Shown here piece after piece: positions 8,121 to 17,100 of a stretch of DNA of 41,907 bases (the stretch's first letter is position 1; each line of letters opens with the position of its first letter). The notes beneath the pieces are model-generated. The model had not been told where the DNA came from and ran no database searches. It saw only the letters and a list, made by a program, of their open reading frames with translations. The stretch covers positions 1 to 41,907 of the forward strand of contig CAZCJS010000003.1 of assembly GCA_964498775.1 (NCBI GenBank). Reading direction: 5' to 3'. The position numbers and the translations under genes were made by a program. Source of the DNA: an uncultured Armatimonadia bacterium (GTDB taxonomy: Bacteria; Armatimonadota; Zipacnadia; Zipacnadales; UBA11051).

Positions 8121-9242
8121 ATGTGCCGAGGGGTTGCTCTATTGGGAATACCACTGATTGACCTGAAAGCTGAGTACGCGGAGTTGCGCGAGGAAGTGCT
8201 GGAAGCGATTGATGATGCTCTGGGCTCGATGCAGCTCTTCCTGGGGCCGAATGTACAGGCACTGGAGCGAGACTGGGCGGAGTTGTGTGGAACCGAACAT
8301 GCAGTTGGTGTCAGCGACGGGACCCAGGCGCTGCACCTGGCGCTACGGGCCATGGGTATCGAGCCCGGAGATGAGGTCATCACTGTCTCCTGGACCTTCT
8401 TCGCCACGATTGAGGCCATCATCCATGCCGGAGCGACACCGAAGCTCGTGGACATAGAGCCGGAACACTTTGGCATGGACCCGGAGGCTCTGGTGACGGC
8501 TATAACAGAGCGGACGAGGGCCATCATTCCGGTGCATGTGTACGGTCACCCGGCAGATATGGAGAAATTGAGAGGCATCTGCGCGCCGCGTGGAATCAGG
8601 ATACTCGAAGATGCCGCGCAGGCACATGGGGCAACCGACAAGGGTAAGCTGGTGGGCTCAATCGGCGATGCGGGCATCTTCAGCTTCTACATGTCGAAGA
8701 ACCTGGCAGGTTACGGTGAGGGCGGCATCGTGACCACGAGCGACGATGAGATCGCGCACAAAGTGAAGATGCTGCGGGATCATGGGCAGGCTGAGCGTGG
8801 GACGTTTGAGTGCATTGGATATAACTCGCGGCTGGATGAACTGCAGGCGGCAATCGTGCGGGTGAAGCTGCAGCGTCTGGCGGAGAATACCGCGAAGCGG
8901 CGGCGTCATGCGGCTCGGTATGACGAACTGCTGCAGCACCAGGACATCATCACGCCACAGGTGAGGCCGGGTTGCGAGCACGTCTATCATCTGTACACAA
9001 TTCGCAGTAAGCGGCGTGAGGAGATCAAGTCCGCGCTGCAAACGGCGGACATAGCCTTTGCGACACACTACGCAAGTCCCCCGCACCAGCAGCTGGCATG
9101 TGTGGCCTATGGGCTGGACGAGGCACACTTGCCAGTCACCGAAGCGCTGGCGGACGAAGTAATCTCGCTGCCGATGTACCCGGGCCTCACCGGCAGCCAG
9201 ATCGAGCAGGTGGCCGAGACGATATTGGCGACGCTCAGTTGA
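8121..9242 (+). CDS. DegT/DnrJ/EryC1/StrS family PLP-dependent sugar aminotransferase
   Basis: IPLIDLKAEYAELREEV..., GTEHAVGVSDGTQALHLAL, ITVSWTFFATIEAI, and FSFYMSKNLAGYGEGG (PLP-Lys context) are family hallmarks. The start is uncertain (ATG 8121 or TTG 8142). Confidence 0.85.
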   Translation: MCRGVALLGIPLIDLKAEYAELREEVLEAIDDALGSMQLFLGPNVQALERDWAELCGTEHAVGVSDGTQALHLALRAMGIEPGDEVITVSWTFFATIEAIIHAGATPKLVDIEPEHFGMDPEALVTAITERTRAIIPVHVYGHPADMEKLRGICAPRGIRILEDAAQAHGATDKGKLVGSIGDAGIFSFYMSKNLAGYGEGGIVTTSDDEIAHKVKMLRDHGQAERGTFECIGYNSRLDELQAAIVRVKLQRLAENTAKRRRHAARYDELLQHQDIITPQVRPGCEHVYHLYTIRSKRREEIKSALQTADIAFATHYASPPHQQLACVAYGLDEAHLPVTEALADEVISLPMYPGLTGSQIEQVAETILATLS

Positions 9243-10035
9243 AGGCTGCGGTGAAGCGGTCGTACCATTTGCTCATACCGGTCTCAACGGGCTCGATGTT
9301 GCCGACCTCATACTCGAGAGCGTAGTCGCCCTCATAGCCGGCGCCCTCGAGTTGCTCGACAACCCAGACGAAATCCACGTCGCCATCCCCCAGGTGTACG
9401 CGCTGGTACTCCCCGCTCTCCCAGGTGCCGTCCTTGATGTGGGTATGGACGACCCAGTCGCCCAGAGTGTCAAGAGCCTGCTTGTAGTCCACCTCAATGG
9501 CAAGCAGGTTGCATGGCTCGTAGATGACGCCGAAGTGCGGGGAATTGACGTTGCGGCACAGTTCGGCGACAACTTGCGGATTGCCCGCGATCGAGCCGCG
9601 ATGATTCTCCATCCCGAGATAAACGTTCTTCTCAGCTGCATAGGCGGCGGCCTCGATGAAGTACGGGGTGACCCGGTCAACTATGGCCGGGTCTTCTCCG
9701 TGTCCGGGTGAGACGCGGATGGAGCGGGCTCCGAAATATGCGGCCCCCTCGATGGCGGCTTTCATCTTGCACATCTCCGCCTCGCGCTGTCCGTCGGTGG
9801 CGGCGATGAAGAAGCTGCCCGGATATGTGCCCAGATTGGCTACGGCGATGCCGAGCTCTGCAGCGGTCTGCTTGAGTGCGGGCCAGTCGCACTGGGATTG
9901 GTCTTCGGAAAAATGGGGCGCGCGTCCCCAGACGTCGGCTTTCTTGAAGCCTGCTTCGGCGCATACCCCGAGCGCGTAGTCAATGTCTTTTTCGCGCATG
10001 GGGTAGGTACATGTGGATATTCTGCTGATGTCCAT
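9235..10035 (-). CDS. Sugar phosphate isomerase/epimerase (xylose-isomerase-like TIM barrel)
   Basis: ...ALGVCAEAGFKKADVWG..., ...YFGARSIRVSPG..., ...VYLGMENHRGS..., ...HTHIKD... follow the AP-endonuclease-2/xylose-isomerase-like TIM-barrel pattern. I chose the start at ATG 10035 (MDISRIST...), which has GGAG 8 nt upstream; the ORF-track start is 10104. The stop overlaps the DegT stop region (TCAGTTGA at 9235-9242). Confidence 0.75.
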   Translation of the reverse strand: MDISRISTCTYPMREKDIDYALGVCAEAGFKKADVWGRAPHFSEDQSQCDWPALKQTAAELGIAVANLGTYPGSFFIAATDGQREAEMCKMKAAIEGAAYFGARSIRVSPGHGEDPAIVDRVTPYFIEAAAYAAEKNVYLGMENHRGSIAGNPQVVAELCRNVNSPHFGVIYEPCNLLAIEVDYKQALDTLGDWVVHTHIKDGTWESGEYQRVHLGDGDVDFVWVVEQLEGAGYEGDYALEYEVGNIEPVETGMSKWYDRFTAAFN

Positions 10036-10156
10036 GATGAACGCTCCGGGTCGTGATGTTTGCTGGGAGTGGAGGTTCGCCGGGGCGAGTGAGTAGTCCT
10101 GCATGGGAGGGGCGTTGAGGGTGAAGTGATGACGCGAGACGTGGCCTCCGACGCGG

Positions 10157-10186
10157 TTGCCTCATGGTAATGCGTTGTGCTATACT
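10157..10186 (+). promoter_or_regulatory. Sigma-70-like promoter (-35 TTGCCT, 18-nt spacer, extended -10 TGcTATACT)
   Basis: TTGCCT is at 10157-10162 and TATACT at 10181-10186, preceded by TG at 10178-10179. It lies in the divergent intergenic region upstream of the membrane-protein/acyP/REC-GAF/methyltransferase gene string. It argues against the 10164 ORF start. Confidence 0.45.
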
Positions 10187-10247
10187 CGCATCTACGACGG
10201 CTTGTGGAGGGATTGCGTTGGCAGATAATCAGATTGGCGGAATCGGG

Positions 10248-10583
10248 ATGCAATTTTCGAGAGCCGGCAGCGCACTCGGCATTTTGGTGTTCCTGGCAGG
10301 GATCGCTATGATTATAACCGTGTTCTTATGGGGCTACGAGCTTTTCGTAAGCATGGATGAAGAGGTGCTGGGGGTTCGTTATGTAGGCGGGTTGACGGCT
10401 CAGCAGAGCAATCCCGGCGGGGATGTGGCATCAGCAGAGCCGGGAGGTCCGGGCCTTGCCGAGATCGCGGCCGTGTTGGGCTTCAAGTTCATCGCGCTGC
10501 TCGTGCTCGGCTGGCTCGGTGCAATGGTTGCCGGCAAGGGCGCGCAGATGGTGGGTGTCGGCGGCAAACCGAAATCGGAATAG
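10248..10583 (+). CDS. Small membrane protein (two predicted TM helices), hypothetical
   Basis: MQFSRAGSALGILVFLAGIAMIITVFLWGY... and ...AAVLGFKFIALLVLGWLGAMVAG are hydrophobic helices. I chose the start at 10248 because 10164 lies within or upstream of the predicted promoter. The stop abuts the acyP start. Confidence 0.5.
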   Translation: MQFSRAGSALGILVFLAGIAMIITVFLWGYELFVSMDEEVLGVRYVGGLTAQQSNPGGDVASAEPGGPGLAEIAAVLGFKFIALLVLGWLGAMVAGKGAQMVGVGGKPKSE

Positions 10584-10874
10584 ATGTGCATGAAGAGGAT
10601 TAGTGCCATTGTCAGCGGAAGGGTGCAAGGCGTCGGCTTTCGCTACTTTGTCCTCCGTGTTGCGCAGAAACTGAAGCTGGACGGTTGGGTGCGCAACCTG
10701 GGTAGCGGAGACGTGGAGGTTGTGGCTCAGGGAGAGCCTGCGGTACTCGAGGAGTTGCTGCGGCGTCTGCGGACAGGCCCATCCGGTGCCTATGTGCAGA
10801 ACGTGGCAGTGGAGTGGGGTGAGGTAGGCACGGAGCCGGCAGGCTTTGATGTGCGGCCCACAGAGTACTTCTGA
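10584..10874 (+). CDS. acyP: Acylphosphatase
   Basis: 96 aa. VSGRVQGVGFRYF (phosphate-binding loop V-x-G-x-V-Q-G-V-x-F-R) and GWVRNLGSGDVEVVAQGE are the canonical acylphosphatase signatures. Confidence 0.85.
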   Translation: MCMKRISAIVSGRVQGVGFRYFVLRVAQKLKLDGWVRNLGSGDVEVVAQGEPAVLEELLRRLRTGPSGAYVQNVAVEWGEVGTEPAGFDVRPTEYF

Positions 10875-10915
10875 AGCAGCCGGCCACGCATGGGCGAGTT
10901 GGGAGGGATGTCGCC

Positions 10916-11944
10916 GTGGCCAATGACGGGGGGAAGCTGTTGCTGGTTGATGATGACGAGGGTGTATCCAGAGTCATGGAGGACGCGCTCGATCAGGCGG
11001 GCTATGACACCCTAGTCGCCGGCAGTGGCAGAGAAGCGACTGAGTTGTTGGAAGAGCATGAGATAACGGCGGCTGTCGTTGACCTGGTGCTTCCGGACAG
11101 CACCGGGCTGGAAGTGCTCAAGCAGGTGCGAGCAGCGCATCCCGAGGCAGTGATGATCGTCATCACCGGGTATGCGTCCCTTGACTCGGCAATGGAGGCG
11201 GTGAAACTCGGAGCGTACGATTACCTGCGCAAGCCGTTCAGCATGGTGGATCTACTCAACGTCCTCGACCGGGGGCTCAAGGAGCGCGAGCTGGCGCACA
11301 GGAACCGGGAACTGGTGGCGAAGCTGGACAAGACGAACCGCGAGTTGTTGGCTTACCGCGATACACTGCAGAGCGAGATGCAGGTGACATCGGAGAAACT
11401 GGACGCATTCATCGAGCTGGGCAAGCGGCTGGCGACTTCGGAGGGGGCTCTGCCAAGTCTGGCGGATGTGCTGGAGGCGAGCAGGCAGGTGGCAGGAGCG
11501 CGGAGTGGTGCAGTGTTTTGTCTCGACGATGACGGTCTGGTGTGCGTTGTGGCGGCGGGGGAGGCGCGTACGGACTTGCAGGACGTGCGCCTGCAAGCCA
11601 CTGAGGCGGGCTTCGAAGCGGTGCTGATATCCGGAGAGGCGATGGTCATCCCTGACCTGGTGAGTGCCGCTGAGATGGAGAGTTCCAGCCTCTCACTGCT
11701 GGGGTTCGCGTCGGCGATACTGCTGCCGCTACAGTACCAGCAAATGACGCTGGGTGTGATCGCGCTGTTTGACGCCGAGCCGCCATCCTTCGCGGAGCCG
11801 AGTCTCAACTTGCTACGGGTACTGGCTGCGCAGGCGGGCAATCTGATTGTGCGGTCGCAGCTGCATGGACAAGCGACCGAGGCAGCCGACCAGCAAGCAC
11901 GCGACGAAGACGGCTTTGTTGATATCATGGACATGCTGAAATAG
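10916..11944 (+). CDS. Response regulator: REC domain - coiled-coil linker - GAF-like domain (no DNA-binding domain)
   Basis: GTG start with GGGAGGG 8 nt upstream. REC motifs are LLLVDDDEG, AAVVDLVLPDSTGLEVL, VITGYASLD and YDYLRKPF. The coiled-coil linker is RELAHRNRELVAKLDKTNRELLAYRDTL. The C-terminal ~170 aa look GAF-like (...GAVFCLDDDGLVCV...LLPLQYQQMTLGVIALF...). Confidence 0.75.
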   Translation: MANDGGKLLLVDDDEGVSRVMEDALDQAGYDTLVAGSGREATELLEEHEITAAVVDLVLPDSTGLEVLKQVRAAHPEAVMIVITGYASLDSAMEAVKLGAYDYLRKPFSMVDLLNVLDRGLKERELAHRNRELVAKLDKTNRELLAYRDTLQSEMQVTSEKLDAFIELGKRLATSEGALPSLADVLEASRQVAGARSGAVFCLDDDGLVCVVAAGEARTDLQDVRLQATEAGFEAVLISGEAMVIPDLVSAAEMESSSLSLLGFASAILLPLQYQQMTLGVIALFDAEPPSFAEPSLNLLRVLAAQAGNLIVRSQLHGQATEAADQQARDEDGFVDIMDMLK

Positions 11945-12703
11945 ATGATGCGTAGCGAAGTGAAGTCTTGGTGGCGTGAATTCTTCGAGAGTCCGGACGC
12001 TTTCCCACTTTCATGTTTTCCCGAACCGGACGTGACAGTGCAGCAGGTCCGAGGGATAAAGCAATTGCTGGGACTGCGGCCGGATGAGTTGGTTGCCGAT
12101 ATCTGCTGCGGGCACGCTCGTCATACCTTGCCCCTGGCGGCCGACGGCTACCAACTGGTGGGTTTGGACATCTCGGAGATGATGTTGTACGTGGCCGGCC
12201 AGCTGGCGAGAGATGCGAAGCTGCGGCTCCGGCTCGTTCGAGGTCTCGCGCAGCAGTTGCCATTCGCCGACGGCGTGTTCGATGTAGCCCTGAACCTCTT
12301 CAACAGCCTGGGATATATGGACGATCATGACAACGAGGCGGTGCTGTGCGAGATCGCTCGCTGCCTGAAACCCGGCGGCAGGCTGCTGCTCGACACCCGG
12401 AACAAAAAGTTCCAGATACTCTATGCGCCGTACCGGGAGAAGGTGACACTTGCCGACGCCAAGCCGGCTCTACTTCAGTGCACCTACGACCGCGACAATT
12501 CCCGTCTCAACAGCGTCTGGAGCAACACCGCGGACCCGGCGGATGTCTATCACACCGCCTCAATCAGGTTGTATAGCCCTGCTCAGATAGAGAAGCTGCT
12601 GACGGGAGCCGGATTTGTCGTTAACGGCAGATACAGCGAATATGACGGCACTACGTTTCAGGGTTTTGAGCGCCAGCTAATCTATCTATGCACAAAGCGC
12701 TGA
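11945..12703 (+). CDS. Class I SAM-dependent methyltransferase
   Basis: Motif I is VADICCGHARHTLPLA, followed by VGLDISEMML, and motif II/III is ...FDVALNLFNSLGY...LKPGGRLLL. The ATG comes immediately after the upstream TAG stop. Confidence 0.8.
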   Translation: MMRSEVKSWWREFFESPDAFPLSCFPEPDVTVQQVRGIKQLLGLRPDELVADICCGHARHTLPLAADGYQLVGLDISEMMLYVAGQLARDAKLRLRLVRGLAQQLPFADGVFDVALNLFNSLGYMDDHDNEAVLCEIARCLKPGGRLLLDTRNKKFQILYAPYREKVTLADAKPALLQCTYDRDNSRLNSVWSNTADPADVYHTASIRLYSPAQIEKLLTGAGFVVNGRYSEYDGTTFQGFERQLIYLCTKR

Positions 12704-13033
12704 CCAGCTGCACGGCCGATGCGCTGCTAGTGCAGGCCGTTCCGCAGTCTGAGCACCTTGACGATGACGTGCGGTGTGCATAACACCCACGCCAGAAGAA
12801 AAAGCATGTCCCAGCCCTGTAAAAGCCTAATACCGTGATGAATATGCTCCATAGATAAGTCGCCCCCAGAACACTCGTTCGTCGAACAACAGTTTGATTA
12901 TAGACGGGAAGCCGCTTCGTGTCAATAAGGAAATAGAAAATTTGTTCGACAATCTGTGCGCCTGATTATGTGAAAAATATATTCGAGGGAATAGCCTACA
13001 GGACACGTACGTCAAAGTAAGGGAGTTATCGGA
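12704..13033 (+). promoter_or_regulatory. AT-rich 330-bp intergenic spacer upstream of the leuB-like gene (promoter/operator region, elements not resolved)
   Basis: This is the only long non-coding stretch in the window. It is visibly AT-richer than its flanks and contains GAAC/GTTC palindromes (12869-12887). A GGAG RBS lies 8 nt before ATG 13034. Confidence 0.3.
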
Positions 13034-14083
13034 ATGCACAAGATAGCCGTGCTGCCGTGTGACGGAATTGGACCTGAGGTAGTGGCGGAGGGTCTGAAAG
13101 TACTAGAGGTGGTTGCTCAGAAGTACGGGGTCGAATATGATACCGAGGAGTACGACATCGGTGCAGAGCGGTATCTACGGACCGGGGAAATACTGCCCGA
13201 TGCGGTGAAGGCGGAACTGGCGCAGTCTGACGCTATTTATCTGGGGGCAGTGGGGCATCCCGATGTGGCTCCGGGAGTACTGGAGCACGGGATTTTACTG
13301 ACGCTGCGATTTGAGTTCGAGCAATATGTCAATCTGCGTCCAGTGAAGCTGTATCCCGGGGTGGAAACGCCGCTGGCAGGCAAGCAGCCCGAGGACATAG
13401 ATTTTGTGGTGGTCAGGGAGAATACTGAGGGCCTGTATGTGGGTGTGGGCGGCTCGATGAAGAAGGGCACGCCTGATGAGGTCGCCACGCAGACGGCAAT
13501 CTACACGCGGAAGGGCACCGAGCGTGTCATCCGCTACGCATTCGAGCTGTGCCGCAAGCGCGATGACCTGAAGAACCTGACGATGGTTGATAAGGCGAAT
13601 GTGCTGACCCATGGGCACGACCTGTGGCGGCGGACGTTCGCCGAGGTTGGCGAGGAATACGAGGACATCGAGACGGACTGCCATTTCGTTGACGCGGCGT
13701 GCATGTGGTTTGTGAAGAATCCGGAATGGTATGACACGCTCGTGACGTGTAATATGTTCGGGGACATCATCACGGATCTGGGCGCGATGATCCAGGGCGG
13801 CATGGGCGTTGCCGCCAGCGGGAATATCAACCCGGACGGGGTCTCGATGTTCGAGCCGATCCACGGCTCGGCACCGAAACACGCCGGCCTCGGGAAGGCG
13901 TCTCCAGTGGCTGCGATTGCGGCGGTGCAGATGATGCTCGATGAGCTGGATGAGCCGGCGGCGGCCGCTGCGATTGACCTGGCGATTCAGGCGGCATTAG
14001 CCACGGGTGACGTGCCGGTGACGACGGGTCCCGAAGGCTCCACCCAGCAGACCGGGGACAAGATAGCGAGTCTGGTCGAATAG
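13034..14083 (+). CDS. leuB: 3-isopropylmalate dehydrogenase (short, actinobacterial-type; isocitrate/isopropylmalate dehydrogenase family)
   Basis: IAVLPCDGIGPEV, LRFEFEQYVNLRPVKLYPGV, DFVVVRENTEGLY, MFGDIITDLGAMIQGGMGVAASGNI and MFEPIHGSAP are close to short LeuB/tartrate-dehydrogenase-type enzymes. Substrate assignment within the family is not certain, and no other leu genes are nearby. Confidence 0.65.
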   Translation: MHKIAVLPCDGIGPEVVAEGLKVLEVVAQKYGVEYDTEEYDIGAERYLRTGEILPDAVKAELAQSDAIYLGAVGHPDVAPGVLEHGILLTLRFEFEQYVNLRPVKLYPGVETPLAGKQPEDIDFVVVRENTEGLYVGVGGSMKKGTPDEVATQTAIYTRKGTERVIRYAFELCRKRDDLKNLTMVDKANVLTHGHDLWRRTFAEVGEEYEDIETDCHFVDAACMWFVKNPEWYDTLVTCNMFGDIITDLGAMIQGGMGVAASGNINPDGVSMFEPIHGSAPKHAGLGKASPVAAIAAVQMMLDELDEPAAAAAIDLAIQAALATGDVPVTTGPEGSTQQTGDKIASLVE

Positions 14084-14149
14084 ACGCTTTGCGAGTTGCG
14101 CCGAGCATGTAAACTCCCCGGCGTTCATCAGGGGGAAGCGTAGCGGACA

Positions 14150-17100
14150 GTGAGTGGCATGAAGACAGCGCGGGGTACAAATTGGGTGTTCGCGTTGCTG
14201 GTAGGCGGGCTCGTACTGCTCGCGCCCATCGCTGCCCAGGCCGAGCTCATCGCCCCGCAGAGCAAGCCGTGGCGGGTGGGCATCTGCGGCGGCTGGACCG
14301 TCGGCTACCTGGGCGTGCTGGCTCACCACGGCATGCCCGCCGTACGTATCCTCGAGAGTGAAATCAGCGACCCCAAAAAGATCGCAAAGTACGACTGCAT
14401 CATCACCGGGATCATCTCGCGACGGGACCAGAGTGTGCAGCGCGTCCTGGAACAATACGTCCGCGACGGCGGCTTGCTCATGTGCGAGGCTGCGCAGATG
14501 CCGAGCGAGGAGGCACTGCCCGGAAAGCGCCTGAAGCCCGGCCGCGTCCCCAATGTCCGCTTCGTTGATGCTATCAGTCCGATCACCCAGGGCCTCGACT
14601 ACGGGAAAATAATCCCGATGGCGGGTCGGGGCGGCACCTCAATCATTCCCGACGGGGACAGCGGGACGATCGTAATCGCCCGCTTCACCTACGAAGGTCT
14701 CCCCGAGAAGGTGCGGGAGCGGGTGGATGGTCACTTCCTGGATGAGGAGAACGGGAGGTACAAGGACAGGGGTGCGCCCGCGATACTTATGCGCCACGTC
14801 GGCAAAGGTATCCTGGTGTACTCGGGGTGTGCAATCGGCCTGGACCTCAGTCTGCGCGGCGACAATTGTGCGCAGTTGCTCATCAACTTGTTGCAGTACC
14901 TCAGCAAGGGTGAGATCCACGACCGCTTCCACACGGGAGAAGTGAACCGCGACAGCCTGCTGACGGCCAATTTGCAGCGATCGGATACTTACCCGCAAGC
15001 GGTCGCGGATGCCGTCGAGCCGACAGGTATCCCCAGTGACTATGAGTTGCTGGAGGCGAACGCGGGGGCCGATGATGACTTCTACATCTATGGGAGCATG
15101 TCGGCAGGCGCTGATGTGGAGGTGCTGTTGAATTACCGCAATCCTCAGCGATACCGCAAAGTTACGCTGAGCGGCAATCACGTGGAACTGCAGGAGGTAG
15201 TCGAAGGCAAGCGGCGTGTAGTGGAGTCGGCCAAGTTGGCGCCGGCCACCGTGTCCGGAGCGGACTTCGTGCTGCGACGCCGCGGGCAAATCATCATCTG
15301 CTATCTGGACGGAAAGCCCGTGCTGAATGCCTGCCCGGGGCCGCCGGAGTCGGGGGCAGTGCTCGCCAGGGGCCTTGATGAAGGAGGATATCAGCTTTCT
15401 GCGCCAGTCTATTTCGCTGACGATTTCATGCGTGAGGAAGGCTCGCAGAACGAGTGGGAAACGGTCAGCGGACAGTGGAAGGATGTCGTAGTGAAGGGCA
15501 ATGTGGAGCAGGGCGCCAACCCGTTCAAGTACATGGGCATATCGAGCGAACGGGCGCTGACGACGGCAGGCCATTGGTTCTGGCAGGACTACTCCTACAC
15601 CGCATCAGTGCAGGGGAATGGGAAGGCGGCGGGCATCGCCTTCTACTATCAGGATAAGGGAGATTACTGCCTGCTGCGGCTTTCGTACCCGGCGGCCGAT
15701 AATGGCAAAACGACGCTGGAGTTGGTGCGCCACAGCGATGGCAAGGATGTGAAGCTTGCCGAGGCGCCCGTTGCGCTCTCCAAAGGCGACTGGTGTCAGC
15801 TGGGCGTGCTTGCATCGGGGAGCAGCATCATCGCATTGGTGGATGGCGTGCCGGTGTTGCACATGCATGACGAACGGGCTGGCTGCGGAGGCATCGGGAT
15901 GGTGTCCGAAGGTGGCTCGACACAGTTTGATGACGTGTCGGTCACACCCTGGCAAGCGGCGTTCACCGGCGGTGCTAACCAGGTGGCGCAGTGGCTCATT
16001 GAGTCGGGGACGTGGGAGGATACCGGTGACGCTAATACATCCGGCATTGGCAAGGCGATACTGCCCTATGGAGCGCAGGCTGATAGCGTGATAAGTGTGC
16101 CGGTGAAAGTTGGCGGCGCTCAGGCGGCCGGCACGTATCTACGGGAGAGCGCCAAAGGCCTCTACCTGGCGGCATTGGTACGAAGCAATGGCGGCCTGGC
16201 ATTGCGATTGTTCTGTGCTAACGGCGAGCGGTCTGACGTGCTGGCGGAAAAGGCTGTGCCGGGGGCCCGGGCAGACGAATGGCACAGGTTGACGTTTGCT
16301 GCGAGGGGGCCGCTGCTGGATGTCTCGATTGATGGCACAAGAATCGCCCACCTGGCTCACAGAGGGCCGCTTGCAGGGCGTGTGGGGCTGTATGCACGTG
16401 GCAGCAGCGCGGCGAGCTTCGGTACGCCCTCGGTGCAGGCGCTGGTTGAGAGCGAGGAGATGGTTGACCAGCTAATGCCTGACTTCGTGGGGATAATTGA
16501 CCGGCATACGTGGGCCGGTCGCCCCGGTGCTTGGCACCCTCAAGACGATGAACTCAACCGCTTCTGGCATGGCGGGTATTTCCCAGGCCCGGTTACACTC
16601 ACCGTTGGCGTACATCCGCTCAAGCAGAAGCAGACTACCAGTCACCTGTATCTCACCAACGGACAGGATACGAAAGTCGGCTACGAGCTCGTCGGGAGGC
16701 GAACATGGGCTGAAGGTACGGTGAGTGTGACGCTACTGGATGAGGGTAAGGCAGTGGTATCGGCAGAGGCGCCCGTGGAGGCGAACAAGCCGTATCTGCT
16801 GAGCCTGCGACGCGATGAGGGCAGTGTATGGGGCGAGGTGAATGGGCATGCGGTGGTGGTGTACAACTCCGACCGGGCGCGGCCGGAGCTGTGTCAGCTC
16901 GGCATTAGCAATGCGGGGCATCTGTTCGTGGCGGAGGATATCGCGGTGTACACGCCGTGGGCGCGGAATTACACATTCATGACCGCGCCGACTGAATGGA
17001 TCGTGCACTCCGGCCAGTGGGAGGTGACGAATCGCTGGTCCTGCTCGCCCGGGTGGACCTGGTTCGCAGGCATGAACGGATCAGGACTTGCAGAGTCGTC

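Noticed and set aside
12827-13039. 70-aa - strand ORF in the AT-rich spacer
   Set aside because: It has no RBS, and its composition is low-complexity and Ser/Phe/Leu/Arg-rich. It runs antisense across the leuB-like RBS and start, and has no recognisable motif.
13034-14083. Whether the isolated leuB-like gene is part of the carbohydrate system, for example as a tartrate or sugar-acid dehydrogenase
   Set aside because: Its motifs match short LeuB closely. It is separated from neighbours by a 330-bp spacer upstream and a 66-nt gap downstream. Without phylogeny I keep the conservative leuB-like call and make no system-level claim.
14639-15574. 311-aa - strand ORF inside the 1138-aa gene, with similar shadow ORFs at 7097-7894, 5733-6401, 22098-22808, 37031-37891 and 38721-39431
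   Set aside because: All are antisense to genes with strong protein signatures, are Arg/Pro/His-rich, and lack RBSs and motifs. I treat them as GC-driven spurious ORFs.
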